Of a stretch of 64,000 bases of DNA, positions 54,489 through 63,540 are shown one piece after another. The notes beneath the pieces are model-generated. The model saw only the letters and a program-made list of their open reading frames with translations. It was not told the origin of the DNA and made no database searches. This stretch comes from a virus, in the IMG/VR virus record IMGVR_UViG_3300020447_000001, positions 1-64,000 of that record. One strand, written 5' to 3'. The position numbers and the translations under genes are program-made. Each line of letters opens with the position of its first letter. The stretch's first letter is position 1.

Positions 54489-54725
54489 ATGATTTCTAGC
54501 GATCCTTTAGTGGGAACGTTGGAAGAGAAAGCAATCGAAAATCCCCACGAGTCGCAAGATGAGTGGGGATTTTTGCATTCTCCTCCGAAGTCAGTGAAGA
54601 TTATTTATAAGACCACGGCATACGCAGGAATGATAGTGGGAATTGCTTTAGCGTTTCCGCTCATCGCTGTATCTAGCGCTAAGAAGTGGTACGACAAAAG
54701 TAGAAAGGACAAATACGGTGAGTAG
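54489..54725 (+). CDS. Small single-TM protein
   Basis: AYAGMIVGIALAFPLIAVSS hydrophobic segment. Confidence 0.5.
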   Translation: MISSDPLVGTLEEKAIENPHESQDEWGFLHSPPKSVKIIYKTTAYAGMIVGIALAFPLIAVSSAKKWYDKSRKDKYGE

Positions 54726-56163
54726 TAATGAACAATGGGAGCCGTTTTTCAACGCGTATCCCGAGCAAAGTGACGATCTACTCTTACAAACGATGGAGGA
54801 AGAAATGGCAGAAAATGCACAGGAACCTACCCCACAAACACCGCAGGATGCAGTAGATAATTTGGGTGAAATTGACGTGGATCAAGCAGCGAATTGGGTG
54901 GGCAGTAATTGTTCATTCTTTTGTTATAGCATTAGCAGCCCGCCCAAAAGTCGGACGATTCCTAGGAATGAGATGGAAGTTATTGCGTCTGCTGCTCATG
55001 CAGATCCGGATGCAGTTCAAACTTCTTTGAAGATCTTTGATCCGAAGGAATTTCCTATTATCAAGGAGGGAGCGGCAGTACAAAAGCGCTTTGACGCGCT
55101 CATTAACAAATACGCAGTTCCGAAGCAAACACTTGTGCGGGGGTTAGCTGCAAAGACCGCAGAGGAAAATGGTGGTCTTAAACAAGTTGTAGACAACGAG
55201 CGCGATAAAGGACGTTATATGATTCTCAACGAGAACATTGAAACGTTCGTGACGCAGTTCGATGTGATTATGGCTTCTTACATGGATTGGGGGCAACGAT
55301 TGTTGCAACGATATGAAACCATTAAAGAACGCGATAAGACGCGATTAGCTGATTTCTGGTCGTTGATTCGCCATAAGTATCCGAGTCAAGCTTATGTGGA
55401 GTCAAAGATTCGTGTTCGCTCGCCCTCGTTTGAAGCAGCTAATCACATGCTGAGTACGACTCATTTGCCGCAAAGGATGCGAGAAGCATTAACTGAGCAA
55501 TATAAGTCCGAAGCTGCTTCGCAGGTTCAGGCTTGTTGTGAGGCTATGATGCAAGCGCTTCTGGATGCGGTGACGCTCGCCACTAAGCAGTTGGGACGAA
55601 GGACTCGAGTTAATCCTGCAATTGAGGATCCGGATTACGCCCATCTTCGAGATGGAGAAGTAGCTTTCTTTGAGAGTCACGAAGACGCCAAGGAAGATAT
55701 TCCGGAGGATTTTGTTCGTGTGAAAATCCAACTCGTTAAGACAGACGAGAACGGAAAGCGAACGAATAAGCGTGATCAGCAGGGTAATCCAGCGACGGAA
55801 GTGTTATTAATTCCCGAGGAAGAGTTTACTTCGCGTTTAAAGCCTCGCCAAACGAATGACGAGTATTGTCGCTTGTTCGACGGACAAATACAGGCTTTGA
55901 TTGATATGGGCGAGAAGCTGCATAAGTTCGAGGGATTGTTGGACGTAGGGAATAGCCCGTTGAAATCGTTTTCAGACCAAGTGCAAACTATCTTGACTGC
56001 ACATGGTGAATCTAGTTCGTCTATCACTAACAGCCTCAAAAATAGTGGATTACGACGAGATACTGTGCATGGTCAATTGTCTGATTTAAAAGGAAAATTG
56101 GCGGAGCAACTTACTATTCAAAGTAAGAAGAAAAAGGTAAGTCGACGTAACTTAGGCGTTTAG
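54718..56163 (+). CDS. DUF3150-like helical protein
   Basis: SAAHADPDAVQTSLKIFDP...GRYMI...HKYPSQAYVESKIRV pattern; next to the AAA/DUF2997/DUF1257 genes. Confidence 0.55.
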   Translation: MSSNEQWEPFFNAYPEQSDDLLLQTMEEEMAENAQEPTPQTPQDAVDNLGEIDVDQAANWVGSNCSFFCYSISSPPKSRTIPRNEMEVIASAAHADPDAVQTSLKIFDPKEFPIIKEGAAVQKRFDALINKYAVPKQTLVRGLAAKTAEENGGLKQVVDNERDKGRYMILNENIETFVTQFDVIMASYMDWGQRLLQRYETIKERDKTRLADFWSLIRHKYPSQAYVESKIRVRSPSFEAANHMLSTTHLPQRMREALTEQYKSEAASQVQACCEAMMQALLDAVTLATKQLGRRTRVNPAIEDPDYAHLRDGEVAFFESHEDAKEDIPEDFVRVKIQLVKTDENGKRTNKRDQQGNPATEVLLIPEEEFTSRLKPRQTNDEYCRLFDGQIQALIDMGEKLHKFEGLLDVGNSPLKSFSDQVQTILTAHGESSSSITNSLKNSGLRRDTVHGQLSDLKGKLAEQLTIQSKKKKVSRRNLGV

Positions 56164-56175
56164 TAGGAGTTTAGT

Positions 56176-56541
56176 ATGTCTCTAACTACTCGTGACATGG
56201 AGCATGCACGACAACGGGTAGCTGGTATGACTCCGCCTCAATTACTGACTAGACTAAATCGTATAACGAAGCCGGAAAAGTTGCATGCTTTTTCTGCCGC
56301 AGTTGCAGAGCATCTTGAGGCGTGTAACTCAGAGCGTGAGGTTAAAAGATACCATCGTGTACTTGTACGCATTGATGAACGTCGAGATAGCAATACGCTA
56401 GATTTAGAGTATTACCTAGGTAGATTTCAGGCAACAAAAATGCCCGAGAAACCTAAGGTTAAGGAAGTAATTGTTAAGCAACCAGTTATTCAACTACCTA
56501 AACCTAAGAAGAAGATAGCGAGGAGAAACTTAGGCGTATGA
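56176..56541 (+). CDS. Hypothetical protein ending KKKIARRNLGV
   Basis: 121 aa, RBS aggag; C-terminus matches that of the upstream gene. Confidence 0.7.
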   Translation: MSLTTRDMEHARQRVAGMTPPQLLTRLNRITKPEKLHAFSAAVAEHLEACNSEREVKRYHRVLVRIDERRDSNTLDLEYYLGRFQATKMPEKPKVKEVIVKQPVIQLPKPKKKIARRNLGV

Positions 56542-56846
56542 AGATCGTGATCGATAAGGACGCTACTGTCCATAAGATCTACGAAAAAGAATTTGATGAT
56601 GAGCTTGGTCTCACGCATCAACGGGCATCGCACGTTGAGCCGGTTAATCCGGTTCTTCGTGCGTTGTTCCATCTTATTCGTAGGTGGGTGCACGACACCA
56701 GCATCCTGGCAGACTTTACACGGCTATGGCCCTGTAAGTGGAGAGCCAGGATATTTGACGGCCCTACGTTGGGTCCGTTTAGCCGCAGGAGCGACGCCAT
56801 CGGGGCAGAAATTAAACACATTGAAAGACAGTTTTTGAAAGGGTAA
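56538..56846 (+). CDS. Conserved hypothetical protein (RASHVEP...GPTLGPF.RRS.A...E)
   Basis: ATGA-coupled; I associate this motif with AAA/DUF2997/DUF1257 loci of planctomycete mobile elements (recollection, not searched). Confidence 0.7.
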   Translation: MKIVIDKDATVHKIYEKEFDDELGLTHQRASHVEPVNPVLRALFHLIRRWVHDTSILADFTRLWPCKWRARIFDGPTLGPFSRRSDAIGAEIKHIERQFLKG

Positions 56847-56850
56847 CAAA

Positions 56851-57291
56851 ATGACAGTAACACTAGATGACGTAACAACAGCAGCACTAGCAAAGTATTA
56901 CACCAAGGAAAGCAAAAACATCGATGTTGCGCCTGGCGCACATACGATTGACGAAGAATTCTCCGTTCGTGTCGTTGGAACGATTGAGCGAAAGCCTGAC
57001 ACAGAAGCAAAGCCGCCTATGCGGATTCCAATCGCACATGTGTTAGCTGTGTTCATTGGAAACATCGATACCTACCATCCGGAAATTGCAGATGACGTAC
57101 GGGAGGATCTGCAAAAAACGTTGAAAGAATGCGCCACAAAACCAGAGCGTATAGAGAGAAACTATCCGGCTGAGCTAGCGATCACCAAAGACATGGTGGA
57201 CGATGCAGAAGCTTATTACAAGAAGCGTGTTGACGCTAAGCCCCGAAAAGGTGCGACGTCTTTCCACGGCAAAGTAACGGTTATCAGCTAA
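56851..57291 (+). CDS. Hypothetical protein
   Basis: 146 aa. Confidence 0.7.
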   Translation: MTVTLDDVTTAALAKYYTKESKNIDVAPGAHTIDEEFSVRVVGTIERKPDTEAKPPMRIPIAHVLAVFIGNIDTYHPEIADDVREDLQKTLKECATKPERIERNYPAELAITKDMVDDAEAYYKKRVDAKPRKGATSFHGKVTVIS

Positions 57292-57306
57292 TAACTAAAC
57301 TAGCTT

Positions 57307-57340
57307 ACGGGGGCGGCATATTAGTGTCGCCCCCGTTTTT
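57307..57340 (+). terminator. Intrinsic terminator-like hairpin directly upstream of an RBS
   Basis: acgggggcggca-tattag-tgtcgcccccgt-tttt, then ggagg and ATG 57351. Confidence 0.7.
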
Positions 57341-57350
57341 GGAGGTACAC

Positions 57351-58868
57351 ATGAGTTGGTTTGAAGTAGATCGAAAAGGGATGAGGCAGGTTAATCAGAG
57401 GATTGTTGATCGCCGTGGATTCGGCATCATGATGGGAGAGTTGTATCAGAATGTAATGGATACAGATGCGACGGAGTGTTTCATCACTACGACAAATCTA
57501 GAAGGACGTTCTCGAGTTGAGGTAGTTATAACAGACAATGGTCCTGGTTTTGCTCGTCTTTCGGACGCCTGGACAATGTTTGCACCGTCCATGAAGAAAG
57601 ACGATCCTACAAAAGCCGGTCGTTTCAACCTGGGCGAGAAGATGGTGCTATCGTTCTGCCACAGTGCGCAGATCGAGACGACGAGCGGTACTGTTGAGTT
57701 TAATGAGGATGATGACGATCGAAAACTGGATGTGCGACGAAAATACGCGGACGGTACTCGAGTTACGTTGGAGTTGATGTGTAATCAAAAACAGTTCGAT
57801 GAAATGCTGGATTACATACCTACACTTATTGTGCGTGAAGGATTACGTCTTTGCGTAAACGGCGCGGAGATACATCATCGCGAACCTATCGCAACGTGGG
57901 AAGAAACTATCCCTACCGAGATCGGAGAAGATTTACGGAAGAGCCGCCGTAAAACAGAAGTTCGTATCTATGAGCCTGAAATAGGCGAAGTACCTATGCT
58001 TTACGAAATGGGTATCCCCGTCGTTGAGACAGGAGATAAGTGGCATGTTTCTGTTGAGCAGAAGGTTCCTCTCAATACAGAGCGGGACAACGTAACGCCT
58101 TCGTTCCTGAAGGAAGTCCGCGTGTCTGTTGTTAACAACATGCACGAGCAGTTGGACGAGGAAGATACTCAAGCGGCGTGGGTCAATGAGGCTACGTCCG
58201 ATAAGCGTTGTAATGACGATGCATCTGAGACTTTTCGCATTAAGAAGTATGGCGAGAAAAGTGTGGCGTTTGATCCCTCCAACCCCGAGGCAAACGCTGT
58301 AGCCATGAGTGAGGGATACACGATTATCCCTTCGCGTGGTCTTACGTCTGGGCAGCGAGATAATCTGAAAGGCGCTGGAACATTAAGTTCGTCATCTCAA
58401 GAGTTTCCTACCGCAGGTGTAGGAGCGTACAGCGACGATCCTACATCTCCACCAGTGGAAGTACTTGCAGAGGATGACTTAACCGAAGCTATGGTGGAGG
58501 TTCGTCAGTACTCCAAGGTGCTTGGTATGGAGCTTTTGGGTGTGGCAATCAGCGTTAGGTTTGTCCGCATGAAGAGGTTCCCAGGAAAACCCTGGATTGC
58601 GGCTTTTGGGGCCAAACAATTGGACTTTAATGTCCATAAGATTGGTAAGAAAGCATTTGCCACAAAGTACGCAGTTGGAACCGAAAATCTAGACTCGCTA
58701 TTGATTCACGAGTTTGGTCATCATTTCGAGTCTGATCATCTTAGCTCTAAGTACCACGAAGCTTTGTGTAACTTAGGTGCGAAACTAAAGGCTGTGACTT
58801 TAAACCAATTGCAGGCCGCTCAAAAGGCTAATGACGACGGAGTCTCTTATGAGAAGGTACAGAAATGA
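57351..58868 (+). CDS. GHKL (HATPase_c) ATPase with C-terminal HExxH motif
   Basis: GELYQNVMD (N box), TDNGPGF (G1), GRFNLGEK (G2), GTRVT (G3); C-terminal LLIHEFGHH...SKYHEALC. Confidence 0.8.
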   Translation: MSWFEVDRKGMRQVNQRIVDRRGFGIMMGELYQNVMDTDATECFITTTNLEGRSRVEVVITDNGPGFARLSDAWTMFAPSMKKDDPTKAGRFNLGEKMVLSFCHSAQIETTSGTVEFNEDDDDRKLDVRRKYADGTRVTLELMCNQKQFDEMLDYIPTLIVREGLRLCVNGAEIHHREPIATWEETIPTEIGEDLRKSRRKTEVRIYEPEIGEVPMLYEMGIPVVETGDKWHVSVEQKVPLNTERDNVTPSFLKEVRVSVVNNMHEQLDEEDTQAAWVNEATSDKRCNDDASETFRIKKYGEKSVAFDPSNPEANAVAMSEGYTIIPSRGLTSGQRDNLKGAGTLSSSSQEFPTAGVGAYSDDPTSPPVEVLAEDDLTEAMVEVRQYSKVLGMELLGVAISVRFVRMKRFPGKPWIAAFGAKQLDFNVHKIGKKAFATKYAVGTENLDSLLIHEFGHHFESDHLSSKYHEALCNLGAKLKAVTLNQLQAAQKANDDGVSYEKVQK

Positions 58869-59005
58869 CATTTTTTGTGTACGCAGAAACAATGATTGCT
58901 TCGGATGCGGAATCGGAAGAAGACGCTAAGGAGGAGGCTCGACAAACGTTGATTGAGCGCCTGCTGAAAAACGAAGTTGAATGGCTAGTAGAGGAGGAAG
59001 AATAA
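58865..59005 (+). CDS. Small acidic protein (46 aa, missing from ORF track)
   Basis: MTFFVYAETMIASDAESEEDAKEEARQTLIERLLKNEVEWLVEEEE; ATGA and TAATG coupling on both sides. Confidence 0.6.
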   Translation: MTFFVYAETMIASDAESEEDAKEEARQTLIERLLKNEVEWLVEEEE

Positions 59006-59442
59006 TGGGAGCTGATCTTATTTTAACTTCACTTCCTCGTTGTCAACTTACTGACGAGAGGAAAGTAAAGATTAGAGAAGCAGTAGAAGGAGTACCCGAT
59101 AAGGAGGTCCTTGCATTTAATAGCGATTTTCGCTGCATGGAGTTATCGGACGAGAAAGATCCTTCTAGTTTAAGCGAGGAGGAACACGATAAGGAACTTG
59201 CCAAGGAAGTGCGAGAAGATATTCTTGAAGCCTGCCTTGAGATTTTGCGCGATGCTGACGAACCTCGAGATATGAGTACTATACGTTTTCCAGGAATGAA
59301 ATATGACGTCCTGATAAGCGGAGGTATGTCTTGGGGGGATATGCCTACAGACAGCTGCGACTTGTTTGACCGGTGTCAAAACTTTGAGCCTATTTGGGAT
59401 CTTCTTCAAGCATTTGCGGAGGAGGATTTTAAATGTCAGTAA
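59005..59442 (+). CDS. Acidic hypothetical protein
   Basis: ATG 59005 after gaggagg; MGADLILT...LISGGMSWGDMPTDSC. Confidence 0.7.
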   Translation: MGADLILTSLPRCQLTDERKVKIREAVEGVPDKEVLAFNSDFRCMELSDEKDPSSLSEEEHDKELAKEVREDILEACLEILRDADEPRDMSTIRFPGMKYDVLISGGMSWGDMPTDSCDLFDRCQNFEPIWDLLQAFAEEDFKCQ

Positions 59443-60122
59443 CAGCGGGTAATACCAAGCTGGGGAAACTCATTTGGTGTTGGTCGTTGCCTACGTTAGC
59501 GGCTATCTGTGTTGGATCCACAGAGGTCTGTAGAAAATTATGCTATGCAATGAAGGGCTTCTTTCGAATGCCCAGTGTGAAGGATGCACATTACAAAAAC
59601 TACCAAATGTCCCAAGAGAAGGACTTCTCGCAGTATATGAGTATGGCCCTGAGCAATATCTTTGCCAGGGTCGTACGCGTCCATGTAAGCGGGGACTTCT
59701 ATAATGAGGCCTACGTACGGAAATGGCTCAAGATCGTCCGTAGGAGGCCATATATTGCGTTCTATGCCTATACACGGAGCTGGCGTAGCGACGAGATACT
59801 TCCAGCGCTGAAAGAGCTGGCAAAAGAGCCTAATTTCTTCATGTGGTGGTCCTGTGACAAAGACACAGGGGCTCCGCCGCGTAGTAGATATGTTAGGCGA
59901 GCTTACTTAATGGAGAACGACGATGACATCGCTTCTTACAAGGTTGATCTCGTATTTCGAGACAAATGCAAGACAGTGATGAAATATGACCCGAAGGGCA
60001 ATCAAGTGTGCCCGTACGATAACGGGGTAACACTTACAACTTGCTCTAAGTGCAAGCTGTGCTTTACAGACGAGGTAATAGCTAAGAAAAAGCTCGTCGA
60101 GCTTAGCCCATCAGTCGTATAG
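59433..60122 (+). CDS. Gp88-like (degenerate radical-SAM-like) protein
   Basis: GNTKLG..WSLP...CVGSTEVCRKLCYA...VRVHVSGDFY...YAYTRSW. Confidence 0.75.
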   Translation: MSVTAGNTKLGKLIWCWSLPTLAAICVGSTEVCRKLCYAMKGFFRMPSVKDAHYKNYQMSQEKDFSQYMSMALSNIFARVVRVHVSGDFYNEAYVRKWLKIVRRRPYIAFYAYTRSWRSDEILPALKELAKEPNFFMWWSCDKDTGAPPRSRYVRRAYLMENDDDIASYKVDLVFRDKCKTVMKYDPKGNQVCPYDNGVTLTTCSKCKLCFTDEVIAKKKLVELSPSVV

Positions 60123-61286
60123 TTTAGCTAGAGCTTCTAGAACCTCTTGAGGAGGTCCTTCATGCGAAGCTGTTTTCCCGAAAGCCGGGTCTTGTCCAGA
60201 TTCTGCCAGTAAATGCTCTAGTAGTTCTGCGTCAGGGGTGGGCAGTGTATGTGCAATTTCAGCCATTTTTTCTGAATCAATCTCTAATCCGGTACAAACT
60301 TCATTAGCAAAATCAGAGCCAAACAAAGACTCTACATCGTCTTTAGCTAACTTGGCTAGTTGATTTTTATTATAGACACTACCGGTTTGAAGAGTGCACA
60401 ACTCTGCCTGCTCTGATGCAGCTTTAGTAAAAGTAACTTTGAAGATAACGTCTTCAGGGCGTTGGATATTATCTGTGTACTTGCCTTTGATATGCAACGC
60501 ACTATCGATAATATCGATTGTCTCCGCTAGCTTAACGAGCTCTGTTGGTTGTAAAGCAATACGTGCGTGATTTTTTACTGCTGAAGCTAGCTTAAGAATT
60601 TCTTCTTTATACGTAGCTTTTGTAGCTAAATTAGCACGTTGTTTAATCATAGAAATAACTTCGTCAGGATCGGGAATACCGTGTCCTGCTTGTTTTTCTG
60701 TATGCTCGCCCAATTGCTCCCCTAAGTTAGTACCAGTATTACCGGCCTTTTCCAGGATCTTTTTGGCAATAACATTCCGGTCTGAAAACGGTAACCGGTC
60801 TTGGTACTTATGCAGCCACTCAGCGGCTGCCTTAATGTTCATAGAGGAATTAAGCGGAAGATATCTTTCTTTACCTCCCCGATCGTCTACCCACACGTAA
60901 GCGTAGGAAGAATCGGGAAGTTCTTGTGAAATCAGGTCGTTTGCTTGTTTAACTAAAGCGTCGTAAGCGGGACGAATTCGCCAGTAATTAACGTAATTTT
61001 CTAGCCTAGATTCAATACGTTGCCGGTCTTTGGGGTGATATTCGGCCTTCTTTTCGTGGAAATACATTCCTGAAACCCATGTAGCAGCAGCGGTATGGCA
61101 CGCAAACTTTTGACGTACAGGATCTGCGTACGAATTAATAGCAATACCATCAGGATTCATAGTAAAATCTAAGTTGGCCTGCTTTACGAAGGCAGGAATC
61201 TCGTACAATTTAACCATACGAGCCAGTTCTTCGCGATTTGTATCGCTAGCTGCATCAATAATTAAAGCATTTGCTGAAGGCATCAT
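60111..61286 (-). CDS. Hypothetical protein, possible head-associated protein
   Basis: 391 aa; RYLPLNSSMNIKAAAEWL...DRNVIAKKILEKA resembles a DUF6582-like head module; recurrent K-x-A motifs. Confidence 0.6.
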   Translation of the reverse strand: MMPSANALIIDAASDTNREELARMVKLYEIPAFVKQANLDFTMNPDGIAINSYADPVRQKFACHTAAATWVSGMYFHEKKAEYHPKDRQRIESRLENYVNYWRIRPAYDALVKQANDLISQELPDSSYAYVWVDDRGGKERYLPLNSSMNIKAAAEWLHKYQDRLPFSDRNVIAKKILEKAGNTGTNLGEQLGEHTEKQAGHGIPDPDEVISMIKQRANLATKATYKEEILKLASAVKNHARIALQPTELVKLAETIDIIDSALHIKGKYTDNIQRPEDVIFKVTFTKAASEQAELCTLQTGSVYNKNQLAKLAKDDVESLFGSDFANEVCTGLEIDSEKMAEIAHTLPTPDAELLEHLLAESGQDPAFGKTASHEGPPQEVLEALAKLYD

Positions 61287-63540
61287 GAGTCTCCATCAGT
61301 TAACGTGGCCGGTGATTGCCCCTTCATTGGGGTTGCCACAAACAAATCCGGTATTTCCAGTACAGACGTTGTGCCCTCTGTGTGAGGGAGCATTGTCCAT
61401 ATATAAGGATAACAAAAGTGGCGAAGAATGGGCATACTGTTTGGATTGCCAGTGGTCTTCCTCCGCGCTGCAATTAGCTGCACATCTTTGGAACGTCCCT
61501 CTTTCAGTAGCAGTCGAACGTCTCGCAGAGTTACATAATACTAGCGTAACTGAGAGCGAGATTCAAACCTATATCAAACGATGTGTCTTAACCCACGAAA
61601 AAGCAAATAAGCTGTGGAATAAGGCACAAAATAATATAAGTCGTCCTAGCCCAGGGTTGTCTAAATTGAGAACGCACTTTGGGCTGAACATTGGTCAGCT
61701 GAGCATCTCTCGTATTGTAGACGGGCCTGCCCGCTTGTTTGGCATTATACACGTCGCCGATGTAAAACGTTTATGGGTATACGGGGGGAAGAATCGAGCC
61801 TATCGAAAGGCAGAGTTTTTCAAAGGCAAAGGGTGGGAAGATGTGCTGGTAATTCCGTACTTTAAGGCTCCCGGAAACGTGGCCAGTATTTTATTTGTAG
61901 GTAGAGAAGGCAAAGAAACCAGCGATCAAATTTTTCAGACTTACGCTAGGCGAGGAAGAAGTAGTAACTCAAGTAATGCGTCTTCTGGTTTTGCGGGACT
62001 GCATTCAGTTATTGATTATGATTGTGGTCACGTCATATTAACGAGCGACGTGTTAGCTAATTTCCGTATACAGACACGACATTTTTTAACTAGTGTAACT
62101 CCATTACCATTGGTTTCTTGGTACGACGATCCTGGTGGCGTTTATGCGTCTAACTGGGGTCTTTTTAGCGGTAAACGTTTAGTGTTCTGGGAGTGGGAAC
62201 CAAAAGCTAGTGTGTTGTATCAGTGCATGACAACAAACGCAGATTTGGTTATCAACGTTGGCCCTAAGAAATATGACGTACGAAACATTAGTCATTGGGT
62301 GCGGAATCAAAAATCTATGTTGGACATAGAGCGACAAGTTGTACGAGAGGCGAAACCATGGAAAAAAGCATTACGAAACTGGATTCGAACTAGAGACGCA
62401 ACGGAAGGACGAATTTCAACTTTATTGTTAGAATGTAACAATCTAAGCTCCAAGCTTGCGGAAGAAGTCCGCTCTGCAATTGGGTGGGAACGTACACAAG
62501 CTAAACATTACACACGTTCTGTTACGATAAATAGCAATACATATACTGATCGTGGTGGAGTGTGGTATCAAAACAGTACGGAAAAACCGTTATTTGACGG
62601 TAACATTCGTGTAGACCGTGTGATCGTTCGAGACGGTTGTTTACCGGAGTATGTGGGAGAAATATTTATACAGGATTCCGCAATGCCGTTTCGTGTGAAA
62701 GGGCGTACACGAGCTAAGCTAAATAAAGCTATCTGGGATGTTATTGAATCCTCCGGCTATTTTTCAGAAAGAAAAGCCCCTTGTGGTGTGGGGCTTATTC
62801 AATTGGCGTTGGCTTTTTATAAGCCTGACATCTGGAAAGGCAAAGACATACTTGGGTGGGACGGAACTGGCTTTCAGTTACAAAACTGTAAAATTGTTCG
62901 TGGCAAATACGAGAAGACTCCGCCAGAGTTATTTTCACATCAATTTGAGGGTCCAGCCGGTAGTTCCTACAGATGGCGTGCTGAAGTAGTAAGTTCATTA
63001 CTTCAAGCTACGTCCCTAGAGTCAACATGGGCGTGGTCTATAGTGTTCGGGTGTATCAACCAGATTTTGTCCCCTGTGGCTCAACATCCTGTGTCAAAAC
63101 TCGTGTTTGAGTACGATGAATATCATAATACAGCTTTTACACGTATCTTGCGTTTGTTGGGTGTTCCAACTACCACAGAATTTTGGAAGCACAATTGGCC
63201 TGCTATATCAATAGAAAAGCCGACCCGACACCAAAAATTTAAAGCTGTTACTGTATCGTCACAAGACGAGATAATAAAAGGCAGAGGTATCTATCTAATT
63301 AAAGCGCCTTCTGCCCACGAATTGCGACCTGTAAATATTCCTACAGCGTTTAGAACTGTGATTCCAAACTTTTTAGCGTGGTTTACGCTACAGGACTTTG
63401 CTACTTGCTTTAACGAGCAAAGTTCGTGGGAAAAGCAGACGTTGAGTCTTGTGCAGAAATGGGCCACAGAGAGAGAAATTAAAAAGCTATTTCCTGTGTT
63501 TCAAGCGGCAATACAACTCACTCGTCCTCCCAATCATTAA
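61285..63540 (+). CDS. Zn-finger primase-like protein (CHC2-type N-terminus; TOPRIM apparently degenerate)
   Basis: CPLC...WAYCLDC followed by ALQLAAHLWNVPLSVAVERL; DVLVIPYF..PG...FVGR resembles the DnaG RNA-polymerase domain start. ATG 61285 chosen over the track start 61174. Confidence 0.55.
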   Translation: MSLHQLTWPVIAPSLGLPQTNPVFPVQTLCPLCEGALSIYKDNKSGEEWAYCLDCQWSSSALQLAAHLWNVPLSVAVERLAELHNTSVTESEIQTYIKRCVLTHEKANKLWNKAQNNISRPSPGLSKLRTHFGLNIGQLSISRIVDGPARLFGIIHVADVKRLWVYGGKNRAYRKAEFFKGKGWEDVLVIPYFKAPGNVASILFVGREGKETSDQIFQTYARRGRSSNSSNASSGFAGLHSVIDYDCGHVILTSDVLANFRIQTRHFLTSVTPLPLVSWYDDPGGVYASNWGLFSGKRLVFWEWEPKASVLYQCMTTNADLVINVGPKKYDVRNISHWVRNQKSMLDIERQVVREAKPWKKALRNWIRTRDATEGRISTLLLECNNLSSKLAEEVRSAIGWERTQAKHYTRSVTINSNTYTDRGGVWYQNSTEKPLFDGNIRVDRVIVRDGCLPEYVGEIFIQDSAMPFRVKGRTRAKLNKAIWDVIESSGYFSERKAPCGVGLIQLALAFYKPDIWKGKDILGWDGTGFQLQNCKIVRGKYEKTPPELFSHQFEGPAGSSYRWRAEVVSSLLQATSLESTWAWSIVFGCINQILSPVAQHPVSKLVFEYDEYHNTAFTRILRLLGVPTTTEFWKHNWPAISIEKPTRHQKFKAVTVSSQDEIIKGRGIYLIKAPSAHELRPVNIPTAFRTVIPNFLAWFTLQDFATCFNEQSSWEKQTLSLVQKWATEREIKKLFPVFQAAIQLTRPPNH

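Noticed and set aside
61174-61284. N-terminal extension of the primase-like ORF
   Set aside because: It would overlap the minus-strand gene by more than 110 nt; ATG 61285 has an SD-like sequence and places the Zn finger near the N-terminus.
232-63000. Numerous short antisense or overlapping ORFs in the track
   Set aside because: They lie opposite or inside well-supported genes, lack an RBS and have atypical composition.
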